Positions 30,187 to 40,064 of a stretch of 40,197 nt of DNA are shown one piece after another. How positions within the stretch are numbered: position 1 is the first letter of the stretch; each line of letters starts with the position of its first letter. The DNA is from a virus. The DNA is taken from the IMG/VR virus record IMGVR_UViG_3300019458_000018, positions 1 to 40,197 of that record. One strand, 5' to 3'. Position numbers and translations under genes: made by a program. The notes under the pieces were generated by a model, which saw only the letters and a list, made by a program, of their open reading frames with translations, searched no databases and was not told the DNA's origin.

Positions 30187-33100
30187 TGGCGTGGACGAAG
30201 GTCGAGCTGCCGCTCGGAGGCGTCGACCAGTACACCGATGCCGAGCACGTCCAGCCCGGCAAGCTGCTACTCGCCGAGAACGTGCGGTTCCGTCGGCCGG
30301 GCGGCTTGCGAAAGCGCGACGGCTTCTCGGCGACGAGCCGGCTCGTCGCCGACACGGGGGGCGCGGTGCACGCTACGCCAGTACGGCTCACGCAACACCA
30401 CGGCGAGCTCTTGCTCGCGACCGGGCGGGGACTGCACTCCTATTCGTTCGCGGCGGACCGCTGGAACGTCGTCGGCGCAACTCCGAAGTACCTCGCGGAT
30501 CGCTATCGCGTGAGTCGGCCGACGCCCGAGGATGCGGCCGACTTCCAGGCTAGCGCCGATACCGTGTACTGCGCACCCGTCTGGGCGACCGTAACGCTGT
30601 ACGACAACGGCGGGGGCTCGCTCATTGGCGACGTCGTCATCGTCGATGCACGGACCGGCGCAATCATCAATGTGCACGCGCTCGGGACAACGCTCTCCGT
30701 GACAGGCCCCCCCGGCCCGTGGCTACTGACTGACGGCACGAGTATCTTTGTGGTGTATGTCACACTGGCAGGTGTGCTGACGTACCAGGCGTACACACCC
30801 TCGAGCGCCTCGTGGGGCGCGGCGACCGCCATTACTCTCTCGGTCGCCTGCACCCCCGCGATCATGTCGTGGGAGAAGGTACACGGGTCGGCGCCTGCAG
30901 AGTTCATCGTCGCGGCGAAGCGCTCGGCAGACGCCAACGTCCACGTCGAGGTAGTCAACGCCTCGTTCGTGTCGCAGCGCACGGCCACACTGACGACGGC
31001 AGCGGGCACACCGGAGCAGGCCATCGCGGTCTACGCCACGGCTGGCGAGGACGTGTACGTTGGATGGGACAACGGCACGGATCTCCGGATGGCGATTCTG
31101 ACGACGGCCACGCTCGCCACGACGACGAGCGATTTCGCGGCGATTGTGGCCACGCGCCCCGACCGCCTCGCGTTTGCGCGCCGGGATGCCACGAGTGTAT
31201 GGTTCGTGCTCGACTGGTCGTCCAGTGGCGTGCGTACCGTGCGCTGGGGCCACGTGACCGACGCGGCAGTAGTGACGAGCACGCCAGGGACGCATGACAT
31301 GGCGCTCGCCGGCGTCGGCAGCTCGACGAGCGCGGTCTATATGGCGAGCGACCCGTGGGTCGATGACGGCGGACTCTGCGTGCTCGTGCTCTACGACGCC
31401 GGAGGCGGTGCTGCCGACGGCTCGTACATGATCTACGGGCTGAGCGACCAGACGGCGCTGCGGTCGTCCGCGGTCCTGCTCGGTGTCGTGGCGCGCACTG
31501 TGGGGCCGGACGTGGACGCGTTACGCGGCTCGATGGGAGCACGCCAGGTCGGCATCAGCACGGACGGCCTGTACGCCATCGGCGTTAGCGTGGTGCAGAC
31601 ATTCAAGGCGCTCGAGGACCAGGCGTACAGGGCTACGCACTACGGCGTCGATCTGCTCGTGCTCGACGCTCGGAGCGCGGTCAGCGTGGACCAGCGGATG
31701 CAATCGGCGCCGTGGGGGCCGTCGCGCGTGTTCGCGGGTGCGCAGCCGATGATCTACGACGGCGTGCGCATGACAGACAGTGGCATGCCGCACCGGCTCG
31801 ACCTGCCGGCCGCCGACCTGCAGCCCAGTGACGGCGACGAGAACGGGGCCGGCGGCGGGCCGACGGCAATCAAGGTGGTCCTCGTGGCCGAGTGGCAAAA
31901 CGCGGCGGGGCAGGTCGACCGCGGCTCGCCGTCGGCGCCCGTCGCGCTCACGACGCTGAGCCTCACGCAGACGAACACCCTCACGATGCAGGTGCCAGAC
32001 CTCATGGCCGGCAACCGCTTCGGGGCGCCCGTGGACGTGCGAGTCGGCGTCTACACCACCGCGGTCAACGGCGACCTCTACTACCGACACGAGACGTACG
32101 GCTTCGTGCGCCCGGGGCAGGCTACCACGGTCACGCTGCAGATCAGCTCGCCCCGGGTCGCTCTGGGCGAGCCGCTCTACACGGACGGCGGTGTACTGCC
32201 GAACATCGGGGCGCCCGCGTGCAAGGTCATCGTCGAGCACCGCGAGCGGCTGTTCGCGGCGGGGCTCGACGGCGACGCGGAGGGCATCGCGTTCACAAAG
32301 CCGTATAAGCTCGGCATCGCGCCCGAGTGGGTGGCGGACGCGTTCGTGGTGCGCATCCCAGGGGCGGGGCGCATCACCGCGCTCGCGTCGCTCGATACGG
32401 CACTCGTGGCGTTCTCCCGCACGGCGCTCTGGGTGATCTATGGCGACGGGCCTCCGGACACGACCACCGCTGGCAGCGACGCGCCGGGCGGCATCTCGGG
32501 CTTCCAGGTACAGCGCATCACGAGCGATGTCGGATGCGCAAACCCCCGGTCGGTCGTCGTTACTCCACGCGGCATCATGTTCGAGAGCGAGAAGGGCATC
32601 TACTTGCTCGACCGGGGCCTACAATCGATGTGGGGCAGCGGCGCGCAGATAAATGCGGTGCTCGGTGCGCGTGGTCCCGTGACGGGCGCCGCGCTGCGCG
32701 CAGGGAAGACAGAAGTCGAGTTTGCGCTGGCGGGCTCGCCCGAGGAAAACTTGACCAAGCTCGTCTACGACTACCACGTGGACCACTGGTCTGTAGACCG
32801 CCTCGCGGCGGGGATCGCGCAGGAGCTGAGGACGCTCTGCGAGTACAGCGGCGCGGCCGCAGCGGACCCGTGGATCTGCTTTGCAAGCAATACGACGGTG
32901 TACCGCGAGACTCCGGGTCAGTTCGCCGACGCGAGCGCGTTCTATCCAATGAAAGTCCAGACGGCGCCTCTCGCACTCGACACGATCGGCGGGTGGGAGC
33001 GCGTCCGATCGGTCACCGTCGCGGGCAAGCGTATCTCGTCGCAGTCGATCCGGATGCGGTTTGCGTACGACGACGCCGAGGATTACGACGCCGTGACGTA

Positions 33101-33308
33101 CGACGCGACGATCGGGCGGGCGGCAGCGTGGGTAGCGACCGCGGGCTACCCGATCAAATTCCACGTCCCGCGGCAGAAGGTCCGGCATCTGCGCGTGGCG
33201 CTCGAGGAGGTCGCGGGCACGGGCGAGGGCGCGCGGTGGAGCGCGCTCGTCTTCGAGGTCGCGGCGAAACGTGGTACCGTCAAGCTGGCACCCACGGCGA
33301 GGACGTGA
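30186..33308 (+). CDS. Large tail structural protein (1040 aa; nozzle / tubular-B-like by position)
   Basis: Long ORF with uniform coding composition in a podovirus-like gene order (portal, scaffold, capsid, adaptor, large tail protein, internal proteins, fibre). Confidence 0.75.
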   Translation: MAWTKVELPLGGVDQYTDAEHVQPGKLLLAENVRFRRPGGLRKRDGFSATSRLVADTGGAVHATPVRLTQHHGELLLATGRGLHSYSFAADRWNVVGATPKYLADRYRVSRPTPEDAADFQASADTVYCAPVWATVTLYDNGGGSLIGDVVIVDARTGAIINVHALGTTLSVTGPPGPWLLTDGTSIFVVYVTLAGVLTYQAYTPSSASWGAATAITLSVACTPAIMSWEKVHGSAPAEFIVAAKRSADANVHVEVVNASFVSQRTATLTTAAGTPEQAIAVYATAGEDVYVGWDNGTDLRMAILTTATLATTTSDFAAIVATRPDRLAFARRDATSVWFVLDWSSSGVRTVRWGHVTDAAVVTSTPGTHDMALAGVGSSTSAVYMASDPWVDDGGLCVLVLYDAGGGAADGSYMIYGLSDQTALRSSAVLLGVVARTVGPDVDALRGSMGARQVGISTDGLYAIGVSVVQTFKALEDQAYRATHYGVDLLVLDARSAVSVDQRMQSAPWGPSRVFAGAQPMIYDGVRMTDSGMPHRLDLPAADLQPSDGDENGAGGGPTAIKVVLVAEWQNAAGQVDRGSPSAPVALTTLSLTQTNTLTMQVPDLMAGNRFGAPVDVRVGVYTTAVNGDLYYRHETYGFVRPGQATTVTLQISSPRVALGEPLYTDGGVLPNIGAPACKVIVEHRERLFAAGLDGDAEGIAFTKPYKLGIAPEWVADAFVVRIPGAGRITALASLDTALVAFSRTALWVIYGDGPPDTTTAGSDAPGGISGFQVQRITSDVGCANPRSVVVTPRGIMFESEKGIYLLDRGLQSMWGSGAQINAVLGARGPVTGAALRAGKTEVEFALAGSPEENLTKLVYDYHVDHWSVDRLAAGIAQELRTLCEYSGAAAADPWICFASNTTVYRETPGQFADASAFYPMKVQTAPLALDTIGGWERVRSVTVAGKRISSQSIRMRFAYDDAEDYDAVTYDATIGRAAAWVATAGYPIKFHVPRQKVRHLRVALEEVAGTGEGARWSALVFEVAAKRGTVKLAPTART

Positions 33309-33311
33309 CGC

Positions 33312-34511
33312 ATGGCATTTCTCGGCGGACTACTCGGACATCGGGACGCGACCGTGAGGGCCGTCGGGGCGCCGGGGACGGCTCCCGGGGCGCAGGCGAT
33401 CCAGGACCAGCTACGCCAGGGCGGCGAGGCGGCGCAGCGCCAGGCGCTCGGGATGGGCGCGGCGCGTGGCTCCACCGCGCTCAACCGCATGGCGGCGCAG
33501 CAGTACGGTTCGAGCGCGATGACGCAGGCGAACGTGCAGGCGTCGATCGCGCGTCAGCAGCTCGAACAGAACCGCCTCAACCAGCAGTTTCAGGCGCAGC
33601 TGCAGGCGCAGCAAATGAACGAGGCGATCCGCGCGCAGAACGCGCAGACGACGGGGCAGCTCGTTGGCGGCGCCGCGATGCTAGGCGGCGCCGCGCTGCT
33701 GAGTGACATCCGCGCCAAGCAGGACGTGGGCGCTGTGCCCGGGTGGCTCGGCGGGTACATGGCGGGGCAGGCACCGAGCGCGCCTGCTGCGTACGAGGGC
33801 GAGGAGCCGATGCCCGGCTACTACCCCGAGGCAGGAGCGCCGATGCCGGGGCAGTCGCCCGTGGAGCGCGCGGCGCTGCTGCACGGCCGCGTGCTTTCGG
33901 GGCGCGTCGACATGGCCGAGCTGTCGCCGCACGATGCCGACCTCGTGCGCCGGTACGGCGCGTACAGGGCGCAGCAGCAGGTTGCGGGGGCGCCCGATAT
34001 CGCGCTCGCCGACGAGCCGGCGGGACCGACCGGCGTGCTCGGGCAGCTCCGGCGCTCGCAGCCGAGCGCGTACGAGCGCGGCTACCGCGCGATGAGCGCG
34101 CAGCTCGGCCCGCCGGTCAACCCGACCGCGCCGATGCAGCCCTACCAGTACCGCTACACGCCCGAGGCGGCGGCGCAGATGGGCACGGACACGGCCCCGC
34201 GCGTCGGGCCGATGGCGCACGAGATGGCCGCGAGCCCGCTCTACGCATCGTCCGTCGTGCAGCGGCCAGACGGGATGCTCGGCATCGACCCGACGCGCGC
34301 GCAGCAAGCGACGATGGCGGGCCTGGCGGACGTCAACAACCGGATGCACGCGTTGGAGGACGAGCGAATGCGGCTCGGCCGGTACGCGGCGGCGCGTGAG
34401 GGCGGGCGCGAGGCGTATCCGGTGCGGATCCGCCGCGACGACTCGGGGCCGGGGCGCGAGTACGGTGAGGGCTACCTGCCGCCGTCGCGCCGGCCGTGGG
34501 AGCAGCCCTGA
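33312..34511 (+). CDS. Virion protein with a Gln-rich coiled-coil N-terminus and a Peptidase_S74-like (intramolecular chaperone) signature
   Basis: LSDIRAKQDV matches the S-D-x-R-x-K-x-[ND]-[IV] cleavage motif. Later, YQYRYTPEAAAQMGTDTAPRVGPMAHEMAASPLYASSVVQRPDGMLGIDPTRAQQATMAGLADVNNRMHALEDE resembles the Y-x-Y...G-x-I-A-Q-E...P-x-x-V...D-G...V-D-Y core. Confidence 0.6.
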   Translation: MAFLGGLLGHRDATVRAVGAPGTAPGAQAIQDQLRQGGEAAQRQALGMGAARGSTALNRMAAQQYGSSAMTQANVQASIARQQLEQNRLNQQFQAQLQAQQMNEAIRAQNAQTTGQLVGGAAMLGGAALLSDIRAKQDVGAVPGWLGGYMAGQAPSAPAAYEGEEPMPGYYPEAGAPMPGQSPVERAALLHGRVLSGRVDMAELSPHDADLVRRYGAYRAQQQVAGAPDIALADEPAGPTGVLGQLRRSQPSAYERGYRAMSAQLGPPVNPTAPMQPYQYRYTPEAAAQMGTDTAPRVGPMAHEMAASPLYASSVVQRPDGMLGIDPTRAQQATMAGLADVNNRMHALEDERMRLGRYAAAREGGREAYPVRIRRDDSGPGREYGEGYLPPSRRPWEQP

Positions 34512-36148
34512 TGCCCACCTACGGCGAGCAGGTGCGCGAGGAGGCGCTGCGCGTCGGTCTCGGCGGGCCGCAACTCCAGCCGATGCCGCCACCCGGCGTC
34601 GTACAGCTCAGCCCGTCCGCGCTCGCGGCGTACGCGTTCGAGGCTCCCACGCCCGCCGCGCCCCCGCGCGCGCTCGTGCCCACGACCGAAGAGCTACGCA
34701 GTGGTGTCCTGCCGCCCCGAGGTGCCGACCCTGCCCCCATCAGCGCGGAGGCATTGCGCGGCTACTCGTTCACGGCAGAGCCCGAGCCACGCGCCCCCAC
34801 TGAGGCCAGGGGAGGCGGCCCCGCGGGCCCACGCTACCCGCCCGCCTGGTCGCGCACGAGTCCGGCCCGCGACGTGCGCGCGGCGTTCAGCGTCGAGAAG
34901 GGCGTGCCGTACTCGCCGGAGTTCCGCGAGGCCGCCGTCGAGGGCGCCGAGGAGCGGCTGCGGCTCACCGGCGAGGCGGACACCGCGGCACGCGAGGCCG
35001 CCGAGACGATGGCCGGCGCGCAGGCCGCAGCGCAGGAGCGCGCCGACGCCATGCGCCGAGACTTCGAGGCGCGCGAGCGCGCGCGCCTCGACGACCTCGC
35101 ACGCCTGGACGAGCACATCGACGGCCTGAGCCGCGACCTCGCGGACATGCCCGTCGAGACGCCGAGCTTGTTCACCGGCGACTTCGGGACGGATCTGATC
35201 CGCGGCCTCGGGGCGATCCTGATGGGCGTAGGCGCGGGCGCGACGGGCCAGATCGGCAAGGCCATCGACACGCTCAACGAGCGCATGCTGGACAACGTCC
35301 GCAGGCAGCAACAGGAGTACCACCAGGCGAGCGAGCAGCTGCGGAACATGGAGTCACTCTACGGCCGAGCGTATGCGCGGTTCGGCGACCGGCAGGCGGC
35401 AGAGCAAGCGTCGCTCTTGTCCGGGATGCAGATGGTCGACCAAGAGCTCGCGCGGTTCGCGTCCATGGCACGCGCGCCCGAGACGGCGAAGCGCGCCGAG
35501 CTCGCGCGCGCCGAGCTGCGCGACCAAATGAACTTCTACCTGGAGCAGTTCCGGCGCGAGGGCGCGGACCGCATCGGCGAGCAGTGGCGACACGAGGCGG
35601 CGCGCACGGTCAGCGGCGGCGGGCCACCGAGCAAGGCGCAGGTGATCAGGGGGCTCAAGCAGGACGTCGAGATTCAGGAGCTGACCGGCAAGCTCGCGGG
35701 CGGCACAGGCGCGCCATCGGACGTCGAGCCCACGGCGGTGCCCGGCTATGGGCGCGCACGCACGAAGGAGGCCGCAACCGCGACAAACGCCGTCATCGTG
35801 GCCAACAAGCAAGCCGAACGCGCGCTCGACGCACTCGAGGCCATGAACGAGAGCGGCTGGTCGGCCACCGGCGCTTTCGGGTTCGGCTCGAAGGAGTACC
35901 AGGACGCGCAGGCACAGAAGGCATTACTCGTCCCGTTCGTCGCCAAAATCATGGCGGGCGGGTTCGCGCCGAGCGAGACGGACATGGCGCGCGCGGACGG
36001 CGCCGTGCCTGATCCCACGGCCATCGGGCGCGATAAGTTTCGCGCGAAGGCGGCGGCGCTGCGCGACTCGATCCGCCGCCAGGTCGAGACGACGCTCGAG
36101 CAGAACGTCGTCGGCTACGGCGCCACCCGGCGCAGACGGGTCGAGTGA
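34511..36148 (+). CDS. Internal virion / ejection-type protein (545 aa, coiled-coil rich)
   Basis: ATG 34511 overlaps the upstream stop (TGATG). Function is guessed from position and composition. Confidence 0.65.
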   Translation: MPTYGEQVREEALRVGLGGPQLQPMPPPGVVQLSPSALAAYAFEAPTPAAPPRALVPTTEELRSGVLPPRGADPAPISAEALRGYSFTAEPEPRAPTEARGGGPAGPRYPPAWSRTSPARDVRAAFSVEKGVPYSPEFREAAVEGAEERLRLTGEADTAAREAAETMAGAQAAAQERADAMRRDFEARERARLDDLARLDEHIDGLSRDLADMPVETPSLFTGDFGTDLIRGLGAILMGVGAGATGQIGKAIDTLNERMLDNVRRQQQEYHQASEQLRNMESLYGRAYARFGDRQAAEQASLLSGMQMVDQELARFASMARAPETAKRAELARAELRDQMNFYLEQFRREGADRIGEQWRHEAARTVSGGGPPSKAQVIRGLKQDVEIQELTGKLAGGTGAPSDVEPTAVPGYGRARTKEAATATNAVIVANKQAERALDALEAMNESGWSATGAFGFGSKEYQDAQAQKALLVPFVAKIMAGGFAPSETDMARADGAVPDPTAIGRDKFRAKAAALRDSIRRQVETTLEQNVVGYGATRRRRVE

Positions 36149-38538
36149 TGGCCGCCGCCGCAGAGCAGGAGCCCGCAGACGAGGTCATTATGAGGGACGC
36201 CGAGACGGGTGCGGCCTACGCCGTGCCCGTCGAGGACGTCGAGCTCGAGATGTCGCGGGGCCTCCGTCCCGAGACGCAGGCCGAGCTCGAGGAGCGCGAG
36301 TACGCGAAGACGGCGGGGCTCGGCGAGGCGGCGACCGCGGCGGCGGAGGGCGCGTTGCGCGGGCTCGACCCGACCGGTCTGTCCTCCGTGGCGCTCGCGG
36401 AGATCGGGGGCGAGGACTACCTGCGCCGCCGCGAGATGCGAGAGCGCGAGTTCGGGGCGCTGTCGGGCGGCGTCGAGGGGGTAACGATGCTCGGGGCCAC
36501 GCTCGCGAGTGGCGGGGCGCTCGGGGCCGCGAAGGGAGTGGGGCTCGGCGCGAGGGCGGCGAGCGCGGCGCGCGCAGGGCTCCGCTACTCCCCCGCCGGC
36601 CTCACGAGCACCGCCGGCAGGCTCGTCGAGGAGGGCGCCGAGCGCGCGCTGAAAACGATGGGCCTCGCCGGTGAGACCGCGGCGAGCCGGGGCGCGCTGC
36701 GCGGGCTCTCCACGGCGGCGGGCGCGGCGGTCGAGGGCGCCGTCTACGGCGGCGGCGCGGCCGTCCACGAGGAGGCGCTGACGGGCGGCGACTTCGCGGG
36801 GTTCGGCGAGAAGCTCTTGGCGGGCGCGAAGAACGGCGCGCTCTTCGGCGGCATCGCGGGTGGAGGGCTCGGCGTCGCGGGCGGCGCGCTCAGCGTGCTC
36901 GGCGGCAAGGTCGCGCGCTCGAAGACCGCGGCGAGGCTCGCCGATGAGTCGTGGATCCAGTCCGTCAACCCGAGCAAGAGCGAACTCAAGCAGCTCTCGC
37001 AGGGCGGCAAGAAGGTGGAGCGCATCCTCGAGACGGGGCGCAGGCTTCGCGACCTCGAGATCGTCGGCGCCGGCCGCACGAATCGCCAGATGCTCGACCG
37101 CGCGCGCGCGGTCGTCGAGGAGCAGGGCGCGAAGCGCGGCGCGCTCATCCGCCAGCTCGACGACCTCGGCGGCAGGGTGGACGATGCGGCGGCGCGGCAC
37201 CTCGCGCGGCAGCTCGACGACCTCGCGGAGATCCCGGCCGGAAAGCTCGTGACCGCCACGGAGAAGAGCCAGGCGAAGCGCGTGGCGCGTGAGGTCGCGG
37301 CCATGCGCGCGGCGCTCACGAAGGGCGGCGTCACGCACCGCCAGCTCGACGACTTCCGCCAGCGGCTCGGCGAGGCGACGAAATGGGCGCGGCGCGAGCA
37401 GTCGGCGGCCGAAGAGAAGCTCGCGCAGGCGTATGGCGCGATGGCGCGCGCAACCGAGGAGAGCGGCGAGGCCGTGTTCCGCGGCGCGGGGATGGAGGCG
37501 TTCGTCCCGCAGTGGAAGGACGCGGGGCAGAAATTCGCGGCGGCGAAGTGGGCGAGCGACGTGCTCGAAAACAACCTGCAGCGCGGGCAAGCCAACATGT
37601 TGCTCGGCCTCAGTGAGCAGCTCGGGATCCAGACCGGCGCGATCATGGGGCTCGCGTCCGGGGGCTTGACGCCTGCCGTGACCGCCGTCGGAGGCGCGCT
37701 GCTCTCGGGCGTGGTCAAGCGATACGGACGCGGCGTGCTCGCCGAGACGCTCGACACGGTGGCGCGCATCGAGCAGCGCATGGACAGGAGCGTGCGGCGC
37801 TACGTGCATCGCGACGTCACGCGCCGGGGGCTCGCAGCGGCGGCGGCGGCGGACGAGCGCAAGCGCGCCGCTCAGACGAGGACGGATGCCGCGCTGCGCC
37901 GCCGCAAGAGCGAGAGCCAGGGCGACGCCTACCGGCGCACGCTAGCTGAGCTACACCGCGGCGCGACCACTCCGTCCACCCTCGGCCACGTCGCCGCCGA
38001 GCTGCCGCGCATCGCCGCTGCCGCGGACGCCGCCGGCAAGCGCGCGAGCGAGTACCTGCTCCGCACGGCACCCGCAGGCACGCTGCGCGAGTACGCGCTC
38101 CAGCCGACGCTCGACCCGCCCGAGCCGCATCCGGTCGAGCTCGCGAAGTGGGCGCGCCGCGTCGAGATCGCCCGCGACCCGATGGCTGCGTTCGACCTGC
38201 TCGAAGCGGGCGAGCTGACGCTCGACCACGTCGACGCCCTGCGCACGGTGTACCCCACGGTCTTCGGCCAGCTGCGGGAGAAGACGATGACGGAGCTCGC
38301 GAACCGCTCGACGCCCATGCCGTACCTCGATCGCGTGCAGCTCGGCGCGCTGCTCGACGTGCCGACCGATCCATCGCTCCGGCCCGAGCGGGTGGCGCAG
38401 GTACAGGCGCTCTACGCCGCACGTCGGCAGGCGGCGACCCCGCCGAATCAGGGGCCGATGACCGGAAGCCCCGGCACCATCGCGGCTGCGTTCAAGAGCG
38501 CGGCTCAGCAGATCGAGGGCGGCGACGCAGCCGCATAG
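36148..38538 (+). CDS. Internal virion / ejection-type protein (796 aa)
   Basis: ATG 36148 overlaps the upstream stop (TGATG). It has Gly/Ala-rich hydrophobic stretches (GATLASGGALGAAKGVGLGA, GALFGGIAGGGLGVAGGALSVLGG) that suit membrane insertion. Confidence 0.65.
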   Translation: MAAAAEQEPADEVIMRDAETGAAYAVPVEDVELEMSRGLRPETQAELEEREYAKTAGLGEAATAAAEGALRGLDPTGLSSVALAEIGGEDYLRRREMREREFGALSGGVEGVTMLGATLASGGALGAAKGVGLGARAASAARAGLRYSPAGLTSTAGRLVEEGAERALKTMGLAGETAASRGALRGLSTAAGAAVEGAVYGGGAAVHEEALTGGDFAGFGEKLLAGAKNGALFGGIAGGGLGVAGGALSVLGGKVARSKTAARLADESWIQSVNPSKSELKQLSQGGKKVERILETGRRLRDLEIVGAGRTNRQMLDRARAVVEEQGAKRGALIRQLDDLGGRVDDAAARHLARQLDDLAEIPAGKLVTATEKSQAKRVAREVAAMRAALTKGGVTHRQLDDFRQRLGEATKWARREQSAAEEKLAQAYGAMARATEESGEAVFRGAGMEAFVPQWKDAGQKFAAAKWASDVLENNLQRGQANMLLGLSEQLGIQTGAIMGLASGGLTPAVTAVGGALLSGVVKRYGRGVLAETLDTVARIEQRMDRSVRRYVHRDVTRRGLAAAAAADERKRAAQTRTDAALRRRKSESQGDAYRRTLAELHRGATTPSTLGHVAAELPRIAAAADAAGKRASEYLLRTAPAGTLREYALQPTLDPPEPHPVELAKWARRVEIARDPMAAFDLLEAGELTLDHVDALRTVYPTVFGQLREKTMTELANRSTPMPYLDRVQLGALLDVPTDPSLRPERVAQVQALYAARRQAATPPNQGPMTGSPGTIAAAFKSAAQQIEGGDAAA

Positions 38539-38546
38539 GAGGCATC

Positions 38547-38831
38547 ATGCCGAGAGGTCGCACGACGAAGCAGTATGTGGGAATGCACGTGAAGGATTTC
38601 TCGACGCATTCCGTCACTATCGATCTGGAGAGCGGGGCGCACGGCGTACCGGCTGGATATGCAGCGCGCCGCCTCTATGTCACGGTGGCCAGCACCAGCG
38701 CGACGATCCAGATCCGCACCGAGGTTGGCGCGGTGAGCACGATGCCCATCGCGACGGGCGAGCAGATGGACGTGGTGATCCGCAAGATCCTGCCGCCGTC
38801 GAAGTTCGGCTCGCTGAAGATCTACTGGTGA
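38547..38831 (+). CDS. Hypothetical virion-associated protein (94 aa)
   Basis: A canonical AGGAGG lies 4 nt upstream of ATG 38547. Confidence 0.65.
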   Translation: MPRGRTTKQYVGMHVKDFSTHSVTIDLESGAHGVPAGYAARRLYVTVASTSATIQIRTEVGAVSTMPIATGEQMDVVIRKILPPSKFGSLKIYW

Positions 38832-38837
38832 ACCGTG

Positions 38838-40064
38838 ATGCGGCTGGGCTTGCACATCGGGATCCCCGGCGGCGCGGCTGGTACGGAGGCGGCTCTGCGG
38901 GTCGTCACCGAGACCTTTTTCGCTGACGGCACGTTCGCGACTCCCGCGAAATTCTTTGGTCCGGACGGCGTCGCCAATCGACTCAAGGTCGAGGGATGGG
39001 GCGCGGGGGGCTCGGCGCAGATCAATGCTGGCGGCGGCGGAGGCGGCGAGTACCGCCGACTCGACTCCTTCGCGGCGACGCCGTCCACGGGGTACGCGTT
39101 CGTGCGCGGCGCAGGCGCGAACGACGCTGACGGGGGGGCGACCACGTTCCACTCCACCGCGCTCGTGGCGACCGGTGGTCTCGCCCGCGTGAACGGCGGC
39201 ACGGGCGGCACGGGCGGCACGGGGGACGTCGGATTCAATGGAGGCGACGGCACGGCGGGAACTGACACACGGCCCGGGGGCGGCAGTGCTGGCTCCAGCG
39301 GGGCAGCCGCGGGGGCCACGCCCGGCGAACCAAACGGTGCGGCGGGGGCGCCGTCGGCCGCGAATCGCAGTCCTGGATCGGGAGGCCGCTCCACCGCGAC
39401 GACCCGCTCGGCCGGAGCCAACGGCTCACTGCGAGTCACGTATCAGATACCAGCCACGGCCGGCTTCCCGTGGCTGGTTGCGGAGATCGCCGAGGCGCGC
39501 TCTATCGGCGCGACGACGTCTCTCGTCGCGACCGTGCCGAGCGGCGACGTGGGCGACTTGCTTGTCGCGTTCGTCGGCGCGGACGGTGTCCCCGACGTCT
39601 CCGCTACTGGGTGGACGCTGCTCGGCCAGCACGACGAGACTGGCGCCCTCTGCACGGCGGCGGTCCTCTACCGCGTTGCGACCGGCAGTGACGCCCTCAC
39701 GGTCGCGCTCACCGCGTCGGAGGAGTGCGCGGTGCACGTCCGTCGCTACCGCAGCGCCGGCACGCCCGAGGTCGCGTTCGCGGACGGCAGCTCGACGAAC
39801 GCAGATCCGCCGAGCCTCACGCCGAGTGGTGGGAGCGCGGACTATCTGTGGGTCGCGGCCGTGGCCTGGGACAGCAACACGGCCTTGACGGTCACGGGCT
39901 TCCCGAGCGGATACCAGGGGATCCGGACCGGCCCTCAGGCAGAGATCAGTGTCGTGATAGCGTCGACGAGCCGGCAGGCGACCGGCTCGTCGGAGAACCC
40001 GGGCGCGTTCACCTCGTCGACCGAGCAGTGGGTCGCCGCCACCATCGCGGTGCCGCCAGCATGA
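38838..40064 (+). CDS. Tail fibre / receptor-binding protein with a glycine-rich domain
   Basis: FADGTFATPAKFFGPDGVANRLKVEGWGAGGSAQINAGGGGGGEY...GGTGGTGGTGDVGFNGGDGTAG...GANGSLRVTY matches the glycine-rich domain pattern seen in phage fibres. A beta-rich C-terminal domain follows. Confidence 0.75.
   Translation: MRLGLHIGIPGGAAGTEAALRVVTETFFADGTFATPAKFFGPDGVANRLKVEGWGAGGSAQINAGGGGGGEYRRLDSFAATPSTGYAFVRGAGANDADGGATTFHSTALVATGGLARVNGGTGGTGGTGDVGFNGGDGTAGTDTRPGGGSAGSSGAAAGATPGEPNGAAGAPSAANRSPGSGGRSTATTRSAGANGSLRVTYQIPATAGFPWLVAEIAEARSIGATTSLVATVPSGDVGDLLVAFVGADGVPDVSATGWTLLGQHDETGALCTAAVLYRVATGSDALTVALTASEECAVHVRRYRSAGTPEVAFADGSSTNADPPSLTPSGGSADYLWVAAVAWDSNTALTVTGFPSGYQGIRTGPQAEISVVIASTSRQATGSSENPGAFTSSTEQWVAATIAVPPA

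Noticed and set aside
36115-37809. 564-aa minus-strand ORF antisense to the internal virion protein gene
   Set aside because: Arg/Ala/Leu/Glu composition consistent with a mirror image of a GC-rich coding frame. It would break the uninterrupted plus-strand late operon.
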